Origin: an uncultured Hormoscilla sp.
GTDB lineage: Bacteria; Cyanobacteriota; Cyanobacteriia; Cyanobacteriales; Desertifilaceae
DNA length: 64,000 nt
Assembly (NCBI GenBank): GCA_963921275.4
Contig: OZ001293.3
Span: 3,712,001 to 3,776,000, forward strand
Reading direction: 5' to 3'
Shown: positions 22,276 to 33,517 of the stretch, piece by piece
How the letters are laid out: each line of letters begins with the position of its first letter
Numbering within the stretch: position 1 is the first letter of the stretch
Translations under genes and position numbers: made by a program
Notes under the pieces: generated by a model
The model's input: only the letters and a program-made list of their open reading frames with translations
The model's database searches: none
What the model was told of the DNA's origin: nothing

Positions 22276-25200
22276 TTACTCGTAACTTTCGGACATTTCC
22301 TCTACTATTGCGCTAGCCCCACGATAAGAGCCCCGACGATTATTGCTAGTATCTGCCATCAAATCTATTTCCTTTGATGTATTTGTGCCATCGGCGTGAT
22401 TTTCTACTTTATGCACTGCTATATCCAGACACAGTGACTGCAATTCCCGCATCAGCACTTTAAAGGATTCGGGGGTTCCTGGTCTGGGTATTGCTTTGCC
22501 TTTGACGATCGCATTTAGGGCTTCATTGCGTCCTTGCATGTCGTCCGATTTTACTGTTAGCAATTCCTGCAATGTGTAGGCTCCGCCAAATGCTTCTAGG
22601 GCCCATACTTCCATTTCTCCGAACCGCTGACCGCCCTGCTGTGCTTTTCCTCCCAAAGGTTGTTGGGTGACGAGGGAATAGGGGCCTGTGGAGCGTGCGT
22701 GGATTTTATCATCTACTAAATGCACGAGCTTCAGCATATATGCTTTGCCTACGGTAACTGGTTGGTCGAATGGTTCTCCTGTCCGTCCGTCATATACCTG
22801 GATTTTGCCGGGGTTTTCCTGGTTATACAACCATTTTTTTCCGGTCTCATAGACTGCCGAGAGCAATTTTCCATGTACTGTTTCTCGGGACTTTTCTTTG
22901 CCGTGCATTTCGTCAAAGGGCAGTATCTTATAACGAGTGTCCAGGTTTTCTCCTGCCCATCCTAGCAGGCATTCAAATATCTGACCTACGTTCATCCGAG
23001 ATGGCACTCCTAATGGGTTGAGGATGATATCGAGCGGTGTCCCATCGGGCATGTAGGGCATGTCTTCTATGGGCAATATCCGAGATATTATGCCTTTGTT
23101 GCCGTGGCGACCTGCCATTTTATCGCCGATCTGGATCTTCCGCTTTTGGGCTACGTATACGCGCACGACCATGTTTGCTCCTGGTGGCAATTCGTCTCCC
23201 TGTTCTCGGGTAAAGACGCGCACGTCTACTACTCGTCCTTTTTCGCCGTTTGGCACCCGCAGGGAGTTATCCCGGACATCCCTGGCTTTTTCTCCAAATA
23301 TGGCTCTGAGCAGTTTTTCTTCGGGTGGCTGATCTGATTCTCCTTTGGGGGTTACCTTGCCGACGAGGATCTCTCCTGTTTCTACCCAGGCTCCGATCCG
23401 AATTATGCCTGTTTCGTCTAGCTGCCGGAGGGCCTCTTCTCCGACGTTGGGGATCTCGCGGGTGATTTCTTCTGGTCCTAGCTTGGTTTGACGGGCTTCG
23501 ATTTCATATTTTTCGATGTGAATGGAGGTGTACAGGTCTTCGACTACTAGCCGTTCTGATATCAGGATGGCATCTTCGTAGTTGTACCCTTCCCAGGGCA
23601 TGTAGGCTACGAGGATGTTTTGCCCTAGGGCTAGTTCTCCTTTTTCTGTAGATGAGCCGTCTGCTATTACTTGCCCTTTTACTACTTTGTCCCCGACATG
23701 CACGATCGGTTTTTGGTTCAGGCAGGTGTCTTGGTTGGAGCGATGATATTTATGCATTTCATAGGATATCTCTCGCGGAGGTATTTGGAAAATGTCTAAT
23801 TTTGTCTCGATGTCTCCCCCAGAGGGGACGTGCGAATACGATGTCTTCTCTTTTGTGCGATTAGCGCTCTGTATCTCCTGGGTGGTGCGGTTAGCGCGAG
23901 GTTTCTCCTGAGTAGTGCGAGTATGATGTCCCTCGGGTTTCGCCGTGCGTTCGGGGGACATCAAGCTCCCAGGAGATACCTCACCAGGAGATACCTCGCT
24001 CCCAGAAGACATCAAGCGACCATAGATATCGAAGCCTGTGCTTTCGCCATTAAAGAGCGATCCTGCGTCGCGAGCACCCGCAGGACCAGTAGCCAGGTGC
24101 GGCCGCTGCGCGTCGGATGAAGCCTTTTTCGGTATGCTTCTGACCCGTATTTTGGTTGCATCCACGTAGGTTACTACTCCATCTTCTTTGGATACGATCA
24201 CCATCCCCGAATCTCTGGCTGCCTGGGTTTCCATGCCAGTTCCTACTAATGGCCGTTCTGGACGCAATAGGGGAACTGCTTGTCGCTGCATGTTTGACCC
24301 CATGAGGGCCCGGTTGGCATCGTCATGTTCCAGGAAGGGGATTAAGGATGTTGCCACTGAGATGATTTGCACCGGTGATACGGAGACGTAGTCTACCTGG
24401 TCTGGGGTGGTGGTGGTGAAGTCTTGGCGATACCGTACTGGCACGATGTCGCTGGAGAGCTTGCCATTTTCGTCCACCGGTATGTCTCCTGGAGCTACCC
24501 GCAGGTCATCTTCCTCATCTGCTGTCATGAACACTGGGGGGATGTCGCGCCTGATTTGGCCATTTTCGACTCGGTAATATGGAGTTTCGATAAATCCATA
24601 TTCATTCACCCGGGCATGGGTGGCGAGGGATCCTATTAATCCGGCATTGGGACCTTCTGGGGTTTCAATCGGACATATCCGCCCATAGTGGGAAGGGTGA
24701 ATATCCCGCACGGCGAACCCTGCCCGTTCCCTGGTTAGTCCTCCTGGTCCTAGGGCGCTCAACCGCCGTTTATGGGTCAGTTCTGCTAAGGGGTTTGTCT
24801 GATCCATAAACTGGGATAGCTGGGATGAACCAAAGAATTCCTTGATCGCTGCTACTAATGGTTTGGAGTTGACTAGGGATGTGGGTGTCAATTGATCTGA
24901 GTCTAATACTATCATCCGCTCTCGGATTATCCTCTCTAACCGGTTTAATCCCACCCGCACTTGGTTTTGTAACAGTTCTCCGACCGCTCGCACTCGTCTG
25001 TTTCCCAGGTGGTCTATATCATCTATGGTGCCGATATCAAATTCCAGGTTGATCAGATAGTCTATGCTTGTCAGTATGTCCTCTTGGGTCAGCACTCGCT
25101 TCGTTTCTGACACAGAAAGGCGCAGCTTTTTGTTCAGCTTGTAGCGTCCTACTTTGCCGAGGTCGTAGCGTTTGGGGTCGAAGAAGCGGGATTCTAACAG

Positions 25201-25923
25201 TTGCTGTCCACCATTGACTGTTGGCGGTTCTCCTGGCCGCAGCTTGCGATATAGTTCTATCAGGGCATCTTCATCGGTATATTCTCCTTCTTTGTCGATG
25301 GTTTTCTGGAAATAATCTGGGTGACGCAAGGAGTCCAGTATTTCACTGGTGCTCATCCCCATTGCTTTGAGCAATACTTGGGCCGACAGCTTCCTGGTTT
25401 TGTCTATCCTTACCCATACCAGGTTATTTTTATCTGTTTCAAATTTTAGCCATGCTCCGCGATTGGGGAGCAGGGAGGCGTTGTAGGTCCGCCGACCGTT
25501 TTTGTCTGTTTCTGATTTGTAGTACACTCCGGGCGATCGCACTATTTGGTTAACGATGACTCGCTCTGATCCATTTATGATAAATGTGCCCCGATCTGTC
25601 ATCAGTGGCAGTTCGCCGATAAATACCTCTTGCTCTTTAATTTCCCCGGTTTCTTTGTTGAGCAAACGTGTGGGGACATACATTTGCACTGCGTAGGTTG
25701 CATCCCTGCGCTTTGCTTCTGCTACGTCGTATTTTGGTCGAAGGAGTGAGAATTTTTTCCCCAAAAAATGTAGCTCTAGTTTTCCCGTGTAGTCTGTTAT
25801 TGGAGAAAAGCTGTCTAGCTCTTCTATTAATCCCTCTTCTAGAAACCAGCGGAAGCTCGCTCTCTGGATCTCTACTAGATCTGGTAATTTAAATTTCACT
25901 TTTGTGTCGATCCTCTGATTCAT
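22276..25923 (-). CDS. rpoB: RNA polymerase beta subunit, with a largely repeat-derived insertion of about 115 aa
   Basis: [35 protein letters not shown]. Confidence 0.98.
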   Translation of the reverse strand: MNQRIDTKVKFKLPDLVEIQRASFRWFLEEGLIEELDSFSPITDYTGKLELHFLGKKFSLLRPKYDVAEAKRRDATYAVQMYVPTRLLNKETGEIKEQEVFIGELPLMTDRGTFIINGSERVIVNQIVRSPGVYYKSETDKNGRRTYNASLLPNRGAWLKFETDKNNLVWVRIDKTRKLSAQVLLKAMGMSTSEILDSLRHPDYFQKTIDKEGEYTDEDALIELYRKLRPGEPPTVNGGQQLLESRFFDPKRYDLGKVGRYKLNKKLRLSVSETKRVLTQEDILTSIDYLINLEFDIGTIDDIDHLGNRRVRAVGELLQNQVRVGLNRLERIIRERMIVLDSDQLTPTSLVNSKPLVAAIKEFFGSSQLSQFMDQTNPLAELTHKRRLSALGPGGLTRERAGFAVRDIHPSHYGRICPIETPEGPNAGLIGSLATHARVNEYGFIETPYYRVENGQIRRDIPPVFMTADEEDDLRVAPGDIPVDENGKLSSDIVPVRYRQDFTTTTPDQVDYVSVSPVQIISVATSLIPFLEHDDANRALMGSNMQRQAVPLLRPERPLVGTGMETQAARDSGMVIVSKEDGVVTYVDATKIRVRSIPKKASSDAQRPHLATGPAGARDAGSLFNGESTGFDIYGRLMSSGSEVSPGEVSPGSLMSPERTAKPEGHHTRTTQEKPRANRTTQEIQSANRTKEKTSYSHVPSGGDIETKLDIFQIPPREISYEMHKYHRSNQDTCLNQKPIVHVGDKVVKGQVIADGSSTEKGELALGQNILVAYMPWEGYNYEDAILISERLVVEDLYTSIHIEKYEIEARQTKLGPEEITREIPNVGEEALRQLDETGIIRIGAWVETGEILVGKVTPKGESDQPPEEKLLRAIFGEKARDVRDNSLRVPNGEKGRVVDVRVFTREQGDELPPGANMVVRVYVAQKRKIQIGDKMAGRHGNKGIISRILPIEDMPYMPDGTPLDIILNPLGVPSRMNVGQIFECLLGWAGENLDTRYKILPFDEMHGKEKSRETVHGKLLSAVYETGKKWLYNQENPGKIQVYDGRTGEPFDQPVTVGKAYMLKLVHLVDDKIHARSTGPYSLVTQQPLGGKAQQGGQRFGEMEVWALEAFGGAYTLQELLTVKSDDMQGRNEALNAIVKGKAIPRPGTPESFKVLMRELQSLCLDIAVHKVENHADGTNTSKEIDLMADTSNNRRGSYRGASAIVEEMSESYE
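23809..24030. repeat. 222-bp nested hairpin cluster in frame in rpoB
   Basis: About five left arms then five right arms; removing it restores GF-ETK in frame. Confidence 0.8.
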
Positions 25924-26241
25924 TTTCTGTCAAGGCTGCAAGGCGCGTTATTCTTATACTGAGCAATTTTGTCTCGACACGATCGCTGCCATTTGATACT
26001 CGGGAGGAGGGAAAGGGAGGGTTACCTTCGCGCTGCGGCGAGACGAACGGTGCTTCGATATCGCCGTGTCCCCCCTCCTTCCCACAGCGAAGCCTGGGAA
26101 GGTGCGAGTAGCGATCTGCGTCTCAAGAGCATGTGCTCCCGATATCTCCTGTGTGCCGATAGCGCTGCGCTGGGGGCGCAGCCATGTCCCCTGAGACAAG
26201 AGAGCTGGCAGAGATATCGAAGGGGAAACATCGTAGTCGCA

Positions 26242-27045
26242 CTACCCAGGACATGCGGTCCGTTCACTCTCCGGCAAATTAAATAGTTTACGGGCATTAT
26301 CTGTTGTTTGTGCCGCTAATGTTTCTACTGGCACTCCTCTGAGTTGGGCTACTTGCTCCGCTACATAACGGACGTATGCTGGCTCATTGCGTTTCCCTCG
26401 TTTTGGTTCAGGTGCCAGGAATGGACTGTCTGTTTCTATTAGTAGGCGATCGGGAGGCACCATGAGACATGACTCTTTTATCTGGACTGCTTTCTTAAAT
26501 GTCACGGTCCCGCTGAAGCTGATGTATAATCCCAAATCTAAGAACCATTCCGTTTCTTCTGGCCTTCCGCCCCAGCAATGCATCACCCCTCGTAATGAAC
26601 CTCCCGTGTTCTTCAATTCTCTCAGTTGTCTCGCTGCCTCTTGCGCCGCCTCTCGGAGGTGGATAATTACTGGTAATTCTAGAGCCTGGGCTAGGTAAAG
26701 CTGAGCGGCAAATACCTTTTTTTGCTGATCAAAATTATCCGCTTTATAAAAATCTAGCCCCGTTTCCCCTATTGCTACTACTTTCCGGTCAGCACTGACA
26801 AAATTCCTAATTACTTCCTCTGCCGAGCTTGTCCATAAATGGGCATCTAGGGGGTGCAACCCTACGGCAAAATATAGCTCGTCAATCTGAGCTGCTAATG
26901 TTTGGATGCTCTTTATCTCCGAGGGTGATACGCAAGAATGCACTAACTGCACTACTCCAGCGGAACGCCAACGGGTAACTACTTCGGACATATCCGACTC
27001 AAAGACATCAAAGTTTATGTGAACGTGGGTGTCAATCAACTGCAT
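26242..27045 (-). CDS. tatD: TatD-family deoxyribonuclease
   Basis: [27 protein letters not shown]. Confidence 0.95.
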   Translation of the reverse strand: MQLIDTHVHINFDVFESDMSEVVTRWRSAGVVQLVHSCVSPSEIKSIQTLAAQIDELYFAVGLHPLDAHLWTSSAEEVIRNFVSADRKVVAIGETGLDFYKADNFDQQKKVFAAQLYLAQALELPVIIHLREAAQEAARQLRELKNTGGSLRGVMHCWGGRPEETEWFLDLGLYISFSGTVTFKKAVQIKESCLMVPPDRLLIETDSPFLAPEPKRGKRNEPAYVRYVAEQVAQLRGVPVETLAAQTTDNARKLFNLPESERTACPG

Positions 27046-27130
27046 GGGGATGGTGTTCTCCTGCCTTGTGTCAGTAGGCGGTGTCTAGTAGACACCGGTC
27101 ATTGGTCAGTTGTCCATCGGACCACTTCTT

Positions 27131-27439
27131 TCAAGCTGCCGCTGGGGATGCTGATTTTTCCACCTTTTTTAATGCCTGCGCCAGACGGGATTTTTTGTGA
27201 GCCCCATTGTTACGGTGCAAGACCCCGCGCTTGACTGCTTTGTCTATTTTGCTGTATGCTGCTGACATGAGACCGAGAACTTCCTGCTTGGCCTCCGGGG
27301 TTTTGGAGGTAGCATACTTGTCTAAGGCTGCGAAAAATTTCTTCATCAGCGTCTTGACCGCTGATTTATAAGCTTTATTGCGCAGCCGGTTCCTCTCTGT
27401 GATTTGGACGCGCTTGATGGCTGACTTTATATTTGGCAC
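27131..27439 (-). CDS. rpsT: 30S ribosomal protein S20 (GTG start)
   Basis: NIKSAIKR...RNKAYKS...[13 protein letters not shown]. Confidence 0.97.
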   Translation of the reverse strand: MPNIKSAIKRVQITERNRLRNKAYKSAVKTLMKKFFAALDKYATSKTPEAKQEVLGLMSAAYSKIDKAVKRGVLHRNNGAHKKSRLAQALKKVEKSASPAAA

Positions 27440-27728
27440 GGCGTTCCCTTGGTTGTTTACTGCTATTTACAATTCTGCTGTCAGTCGGACTTTTTACTAT
27501 AGCATTTTTTCCTGGCTAGTGCAAGCGCCCCCCATTGCCAGGTTAAGCTAGAGTAGCGACTATGAGTAGTCCCAGCGCAGCTTGGACCAGCGGTGTTAAG
27601 TTAATAGAGAGGTTATACATTCTTTGCGATAAGTGTGTCAAGTAATCCCGCTGAATGAGCGATCTTATGCGCGAGTATATGTTGCGTTCCATTGAAAATT
27701 GAGCGTCACTACCATCCTGCTACATGAT

Positions 27729-29051
27729 ATGCTGCGAATTGTTCTCGATCGGGATGAGGCAGAAGCGGAATTGCGACGCATCGGCGATCGCTATCGCGAC
27801 GACTATGTCCTGCACGCCTGTGCGACGGTTAGGGAAGTGCTGGCCTCGGTGAGGCGAAACGGAGATCGGGCGCTGCTGCATTATACCGCGTCAGTCGATC
27901 GAGTTACCTTCAGCCCTTCAGAATTGCGGGTGACTGGTTCAGAACTAGATGCTGCTTATCAGCAGGTAAATAAAGATTTACTAGACGCGATCGAGTTGGC
28001 ATCGAGCCAAATTGAGGCATTTCACCGGCAGAGAGTGCCATCATCGTGGGTGCAATTTAAGGATCTGGATGTAGTTTTGGGTAAGCGATATCAGCCGGTG
28101 GAAAAGGCGGGTATATATGTTGCCGGTGGTGGAGCGGCTTATCCAAGTCGGGTGCTGATGAATGCTATCCCAGCTAAGGTGGCTGGAGTACGGAGGACGA
28201 TCATGTCTACTCCGCCGGGACCGGATAAGAAAATTAATCCAGCGGTGCTGGTGGCTGCTCAGTCGGCAGGTATTCAGGAGGTTTATCGGGTGTCCGGGGC
28301 GGCGGCGATCGGGGCTTTTGCCTATGGTACGGAAACTATTCCGCCAGTAGATGTGATCGTAGGGACTGGTAATATATATGTAACTCTAGCCAAAAAACTG
28401 GTCTCGCCGATAGTGGGGATAGATTGTTTGACCGGTGCGGGAGAGCTGTTGATTATTGCCGATCGCCTCGCAAATCATGAACATGTGGCGGCGGATTTGT
28501 TGGCCCAGGCGGAACGGGACCCTATGGCATCGGCGATCCTGTTGACTCCGGATTTGACTTTGGCTACTCTGGTGACAGCTGAAGTTGACCGGCAACTTAT
28601 TAACCACTCCCGCCGGTTGCTGACGGAAAAGGCGATCGCCCATTATGGTTTGGTAGTGGTGGTAGAATCTGAGCTGATCGCGGCGGAACTCGCGAATGCT
28701 TTTGCTCCCCAAAATTTGATGCTGCAAGTGGCTGACCCCTGGAGTTTACTAGAAGAAATTCGTCATGCTGGAGCGATCTTTCTGGGCTATTCCTCCCCGA
28801 TCGCCCTAGGAGATTACTTAGCCGGTCCTAACCAGAATCTTCCCACTAATGGTGCTGCCCGCTACGCTTCTTCCCTAGGCGTGGAAACTTACTTGAAGCA
28901 TTCTAATATAATTAATTATTCTCCTGAGGCCCTGAAAAAAGTTGCCGACACGATCGAGCTCTTGGCTCAAGCTGAGGGTTTCCCGAACCACGCCGATTCT
29001 GTGCGCTTGAGAACTGAAGGTCAGCGAGATAAGTATGACAGGCGTTGCTGA
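27729..29051 (+). CDS. hisD: Histidinol dehydrogenase homologue with substituted catalytic motifs; last codons supplied by an IS1 end
   Basis: AGIYVAGG, NAIPAKVAGV, AYGTETI, LGDYLAGPN; ATG at 27729 chosen over the upstream TTG. Confidence 0.85.
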   Translation: MLRIVLDRDEAEAELRRIGDRYRDDYVLHACATVREVLASVRRNGDRALLHYTASVDRVTFSPSELRVTGSELDAAYQQVNKDLLDAIELASSQIEAFHRQRVPSSWVQFKDLDVVLGKRYQPVEKAGIYVAGGGAAYPSRVLMNAIPAKVAGVRRTIMSTPPGPDKKINPAVLVAAQSAGIQEVYRVSGAAAIGAFAYGTETIPPVDVIVGTGNIYVTLAKKLVSPIVGIDCLTGAGELLIIADRLANHEHVAADLLAQAERDPMASAILLTPDLTLATLVTAEVDRQLINHSRRLLTEKAIAHYGLVVVVESELIAAELANAFAPQNLMLQVADPWSLLEEIRHAGAIFLGYSSPIALGDYLAGPNQNLPTNGAARYASSLGVETYLKHSNIINYSPEALKKVADTIELLAQAEGFPNHADSVRLRTEGQRDKYDRRC

Positions 29052-29851
29052 ATCAAGGTATGGTAGAGGCAAGGTAGGGAAGAATGTGAAGGTAAGAAAA
29101 CGATGGTAGACCAGTCAGCTCGCCCAACTTGTCCAGAATGTGGGAAGAAGTGAAACAAACTAAGAATGGCAAAAACCGACAAGGTAAGCAGAAACATCTG
29201 TGCAAGGCTTGTGGGCGCGAATTTATCACAAACTACAACTCACATCTGGAGCGGAGCGTGATGAGTTCAAACACTCATGCCTCACCATGTATACCAATGC
29301 TATGGGGTTTCTAGGGATAGAGAGAGTGAAAAAACTGCATCACACAACTCTTATCAACTGGGTCAAGCAAGTTGGGTTCTCGGCTACCTGATGCCTATCT
29401 ACCCGAACAGGTTGGTGCAAGTGGGAGAACTCGATGAATTACAGACCTTTGTGGGCTCAAAAAAAACACTCCGATGGCTGTGGACAGCAGTAGAGCACTT
29501 GAGCCCAGGGATATTGGGATGGGCAATTGTCGATCGGAGTAGTCAGACTGATGAAGCCATTGTGGCAGGAAATTAAGGACTGGAAATGCTACTTCACCGG
29601 TGAGTGATGATTGGCTAGTGTATGGCAAGTTTATTCCCGATGAAGACCGGATTTAAGCCAAGATCTATATGACCCGAGTTGAGGGTGAGAATAGGCGAGG
29701 AAGACAATATTTGGCACGGTTGAAGCGCAAGACATTGTGCTACTCCAAATCTGTAGAGATGTTGAGCCATTCAATTCGACTATTAATCCATTATCTCCAT
29801 TGGGGTGAAATACCTGTTCCTTACCATTCCATATCTTGATTCAGCAACGCC
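29041..29851 (+). mobile_element. IS1-family element (frameshifted)
   Basis: TIRs GGCGTTGCTGAATCAAG / CTTGATTCAGCAACGCC; near-perfect TSD AGTATGACA / AGTATAACA; GELDELQTFVG. Confidence 0.9.
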
Positions 29852-30406
29852 AGTATAACATATAGGCGTTGCATATTTTGGGGATGTTATCAGCACTCTT
29901 GTTAACAGTTGACAATTGACAATTGTTCATTGCTCAAACTTCTATATATGACCAGTAATGCTGTAATTGTCAATTATCAAAACTTATAAATCCCTATTGC
30001 CTAGTTTAATTACTTCTATAACTATATGTAGCAATCGAATGCTTCTTTGTGAACTCAAAGATGCCCAGAAACCCGGCAATATGCCCAGAAACCAGGTTTC
30101 GATATATCTGGGGAGCGCGCACTACCCCAGATATATCGAATCAACTTCTAGAGTTGGGGGAGTCTCAAGTGAGACTCCCCCAACGGGTGCATATCACTTT
30201 TGCGGCGATGTGCTCTGCGCGCTCGATGTCTCCGGAGAGCGAGCGCTAATCGCACTACGCATCGCACATCGCGGAGATATTCACCGGTAGCCCAGAAACC
30301 CGGTTTTGCCGGAATTATCGGGTTTCTTAATTCTTGCATTGAGATGCACCCTCCCCCAACTCCTGCCAATAGCGCTGCTTTGCGCCAACAACTTCCCTAG
30401 TTCCTT

Positions 30407-30736
30407 TTACCACTCATCCTGGCGTTTATCGATACTGAACCTCTCAGGATTTTGCAGTTTCGGAAAACGATAGAAAGTATTCCCCTGGGCATCCACTTCT
30501 GGGATGGCTGAAAAAATTTGCACTTGTTGTTGCAAGAACCTCTGAGCAACCAGAGCATCGATTCTCGCCGCCGCCGCCAGCTGAATGAGAGAAACCTCCC
30601 CATTTTGCTTTTCTAACAGCTGATAGAAAGCATTTTGCAGCTGTCGCTGACGCTGACCATTTTGGATAGTATTCAAGACATACAGACCTACCAGCGAACT
30701 CAGTCCAATCACAAAGGCAATTTCCAGAATGGCCAT
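30407..30736 (-). CDS. Hypothetical small membrane-anchored protein
   Basis: N-terminal hydrophobic helix followed by a soluble domain; start inferred at MAILEIAF. Confidence 0.7.
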   Translation of the reverse strand: MAILEIAFVIGLSSLVGLYVLNTIQNGQRQRQLQNAFYQLLEKQNGEVSLIQLAAAARIDALVAQRFLQQQVQIFSAIPEVDAQGNTFYRFPKLQNPERFSIDKRQDEW

Positions 30737-30749
30737 AACACAATCAACC

Positions 30750-32012
30750 TTATACGTAGTGCGTGACGATGTGCGATGCGCAGTTCGAATAGCACGCGCA
30801 GAGCACATCGGAGCCAGGAGCGCTAGCTTTCTGCGGTTGCACTAAATTAGAAGCTCCTTCTATCACTTTAGCGGATTCAATTACATCTCCCTGAGTCAGC
30901 TTCCCTAGTACCTCAAAGCCTTCAGTCACATAGCCAAACGCGGCATAGCGACCATCCAACAGGTTAACACCAGGTGGTGTCAGCTCTGTTTCAAACAGGA
31001 AGAAGAAAAACTGAGAAGAACCCCCATTCAGATCTTCATCCGGACGAGCCATCCCCAGCGTGCCATAGGCTGCGAAGGGAAGCACCGGATGGGAGCGATA
31101 CATACCCGCCTCTTCTAGGGTAATACCATAGATTGGGGAAGGCTCATTTTGGACCAGGATCTCCAAGGGAATAGCCCGGTATTCCCCTGTATCGGGGTCA
31201 ATGAAACCGTCTTCGGGGCCCGGGGGATCTCCCACTTGCGCCACGTATTGTTTTTCTACCCTTGTAAACTCCAGACCGTCATAGAACCCGCGCTGTACCA
31301 GATCCACAAAATTACCAGCGGTAACCGGGGCACTGTAACCGTCCAGCACCGCTGTTATCTTGCCCTTATTGGTTTCGATCGCCACGGTGGCCCGACCTAA
31401 CAGTTGTGGCAGGTTGTTGTACTCCGATGGTACTTCAAAGGTCATGCCGCGCACCATTAACTGTTCTAGCTGCCCCACCAACTCCAGCAGTTCGTCTCTG
31501 AGGGTCTGCACCTGTTCTTTATCTTCAACTTCAGCAGCTTCTCTTAGAGAGGTCAGTCCTGACTCGATCTGGGCTATGATTGATTCTGCTTGTGGTTTGC
31601 TATCCGAAGGCACTGACGAGAGCAGTTGTGACTGGCGAAGGTTGCTCGTGGTCTGTACCTTAGTGATGTTTCTCGTGATGTCACTCCAATGCTTGCCTCG
31701 CAGTGCTGTGGAGATGCTTTCCAAATTGGCTTGCATTTCCCGCACTGGTTGATTGTCAATTGGTAGGGCATACCGCAACAGGGTTTTGCCATCGGTAATA
31801 GCGTCCCCAGAGGGTAAGAGAGTCTGCTGGGGTTTTTTACTGCCCCTAAAATTCCACCAAGCGGCGTCCAGTCCGATCGAGAGGGTAAACAGCAGCACTG
31901 CTAAGATGCCTGTCTTCAGCCAGCGCTGCCATAGGTTAGTCCTTGACTTGCTTACATCCATAAATTTATCTGCCTGTCTTCGCTTTACATCTGCCCTGGG
32001 CAACAAACCCAT
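30750..32012 (-). CDS. Thylakoid cyclophilin-type PPIase (TLP40/CYP38-like); C-terminus extended by a repeat element
   Basis: LLRYALP helical domain, DGYSAPVTAGNFVDLV, SSQFFFF, LDGRYAAFGYV; start uncertain. Confidence 0.9.
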   Translation of the reverse strand: MGLLPRADVKRRQADKFMDVSKSRTNLWQRWLKTGILAVLLFTLSIGLDAAWWNFRGSKKPQQTLLPSGDAITDGKTLLRYALPIDNQPVREMQANLESISTALRGKHWSDITRNITKVQTTSNLRQSQLLSSVPSDSKPQAESIIAQIESGLTSLREAAEVEDKEQVQTLRDELLELVGQLEQLMVRGMTFEVPSEYNNLPQLLGRATVAIETNKGKITAVLDGYSAPVTAGNFVDLVQRGFYDGLEFTRVEKQYVAQVGDPPGPEDGFIDPDTGEYRAIPLEILVQNEPSPIYGITLEEAGMYRSHPVLPFAAYGTLGMARPDEDLNGGSSQFFFFLFETELTPPGVNLLDGRYAAFGYVTEGFEVLGKLTQGDVIESAKVIEGASNLVQPQKASAPGSDVLCACYSNCASHIVTHYV

Positions 32013-32217
32013 GTTTCATCTTGCCATAGGGATGTTCACTCCTATGCCCCTATCTCACCAATCAGCGCTCGCCAGTCCCCCATCAGCGCTCGCCAGTGCT
32101 CGCCTCTGCGGGCTGCGCTCCGATCGGGTATTGTCCTGAATATTTCCAGCCAGAGTAGAGAGTTGGTTCCCACGTAGGGTTACAATAAGGAGCCGAATAT
32201 TGCTCCCCCAGAGATTC

Positions 32218-32778
32218 ATGATCTCCAGTAATGATTTTAGAACCGGCGTCACAATTGAACTAGATGGTAGCGTATGGCGGGTGCAGGAATTCCTGCATGT
32301 CAAGCCAGGTAAGGGGTCTGCCTTTGTGCGCACGAAGTTGAAAAACGCCCAAACAGGTAATGTGATCGAACGCACTTTCCGGGCTGGGGAAACGGTTCCC
32401 CAAGCCAATCTGGAAAAGAATACGATGCAGTATACCTATAAAGACGGCGAGCAGTTTGTCTTTATGGATATGGAAACTTATGAAGAGAGCCGTCTGGACC
32501 CAGAACAGATCGGCAATCGGGTAAAGTACCTATCCGAAGGCATGGAAGTCAATGTCCTGACTTGGAACGACCAAGTGCTGGAAGTGGAACTGCCTAACTC
32601 GGTGGTGCTAGAGGTGACTGACACTGCTCCAGGGGTCAAGGGCGATACGGCCACTGGCGGGACGAAGCCCGCTACTCTGGAAACAGGGGCTCAAGTCATG
32701 GTTCCCTTGTTTATTTCCGTGGGAGAGAAGATCAAAATTGATACCCGCAACGATAGCTACCTGGGTCGCGAAAACTAG
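32218..32778 (+). CDS. efp: Elongation factor P
   Basis: [28 protein letters not shown]. Confidence 0.98.
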   Translation: MISSNDFRTGVTIELDGSVWRVQEFLHVKPGKGSAFVRTKLKNAQTGNVIERTFRAGETVPQANLEKNTMQYTYKDGEQFVFMDMETYEESRLDPEQIGNRVKYLSEGMEVNVLTWNDQVLEVELPNSVVLEVTDTAPGVKGDTATGGTKPATLETGAQVMVPLFISVGEKIKIDTRNDSYLGREN

Positions 32779-32960
32779 CCTTCTTGATATAATTGCTAAT
32801 TGCGAATTGCTAATGGCTCAGGTATCTCCCTCCGCCTAGGAGGACTACCCAGGAGATACCTCATTGTCAATTGCGAAGCTTACAATTGCGAATTGCGCTC
32901 TTAGCAGTAGCCATTAGCTATTAGCAGAATGACAACTAATCAATTACGTGATAAAAAGCT

Positions 32961-33485
32961 GTGGAACTGAACTTTAACGAACTCCGTGAACTGATAGCCG
33001 CATTGGATCAAACTGACATTGCGGAGTTGAGGTTAAAGGGTGTTGATTTTGAACTGACGCTGCGGAAGGCTACGGTGAAGACTGAAGGTGGCGTAGCGCC
33101 AGTAGGCGCAGCCGTGGCGACGGCAGGCGCAGCCGTGGTGACGGCACCTCCTGTAGATGGTGGCGTGGCAGCGCAGCCTGTAGAAACAGCCCCTTCTGCT
33201 GCTGTCGGGACTGGAACCGGACAGCCGCTGGCAGAAAAAAAATGGGCAGAGATTAAGTCTCCGATGGTGGGAACCTTTTATCACGCACCGGCACTGGGAG
33301 AAGCGCCATTTGTACAGGTGGGCGATCGCATTAATGCCGGTCAAGTGGTCTGCATAATAGAGGCGATGAAGCTGATGAACGAAATCGAAGCGGAGGTATC
33401 GGGACGGGTGATGGAAATTATGGTAGAAAATGGAGAACCAGTTGATTTTGATAAGCCGCTAATGCGCATCGATCCTAATGGTTAA
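32961..33485 (+). CDS. accB: Biotin carboxyl carrier protein of acetyl-CoA carboxylase
   Basis: SPMVGTFY and EAMKLMN biotinylation motif; efp-accB synteny. Confidence 0.97.
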   Translation: MELNFNELRELIAALDQTDIAELRLKGVDFELTLRKATVKTEGGVAPVGAAVATAGAAVVTAPPVDGGVAAQPVETAPSAAVGTGTGQPLAEKKWAEIKSPMVGTFYHAPALGEAPFVQVGDRINAGQVVCIIEAMKLMNEIEAEVSGRVMEIMVENGEPVDFDKPLMRIDPNG

Positions 33486-33517
33486 TAGTTCAAGGATAAT
33501 AGTTAATAGTTGATTAT

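Noticed and set aside
23773..24135. Intein in RpoB
   Set aside because: No N-terminal C/S block or terminal HN motif; the DNA is made of the hairpin repeat family.
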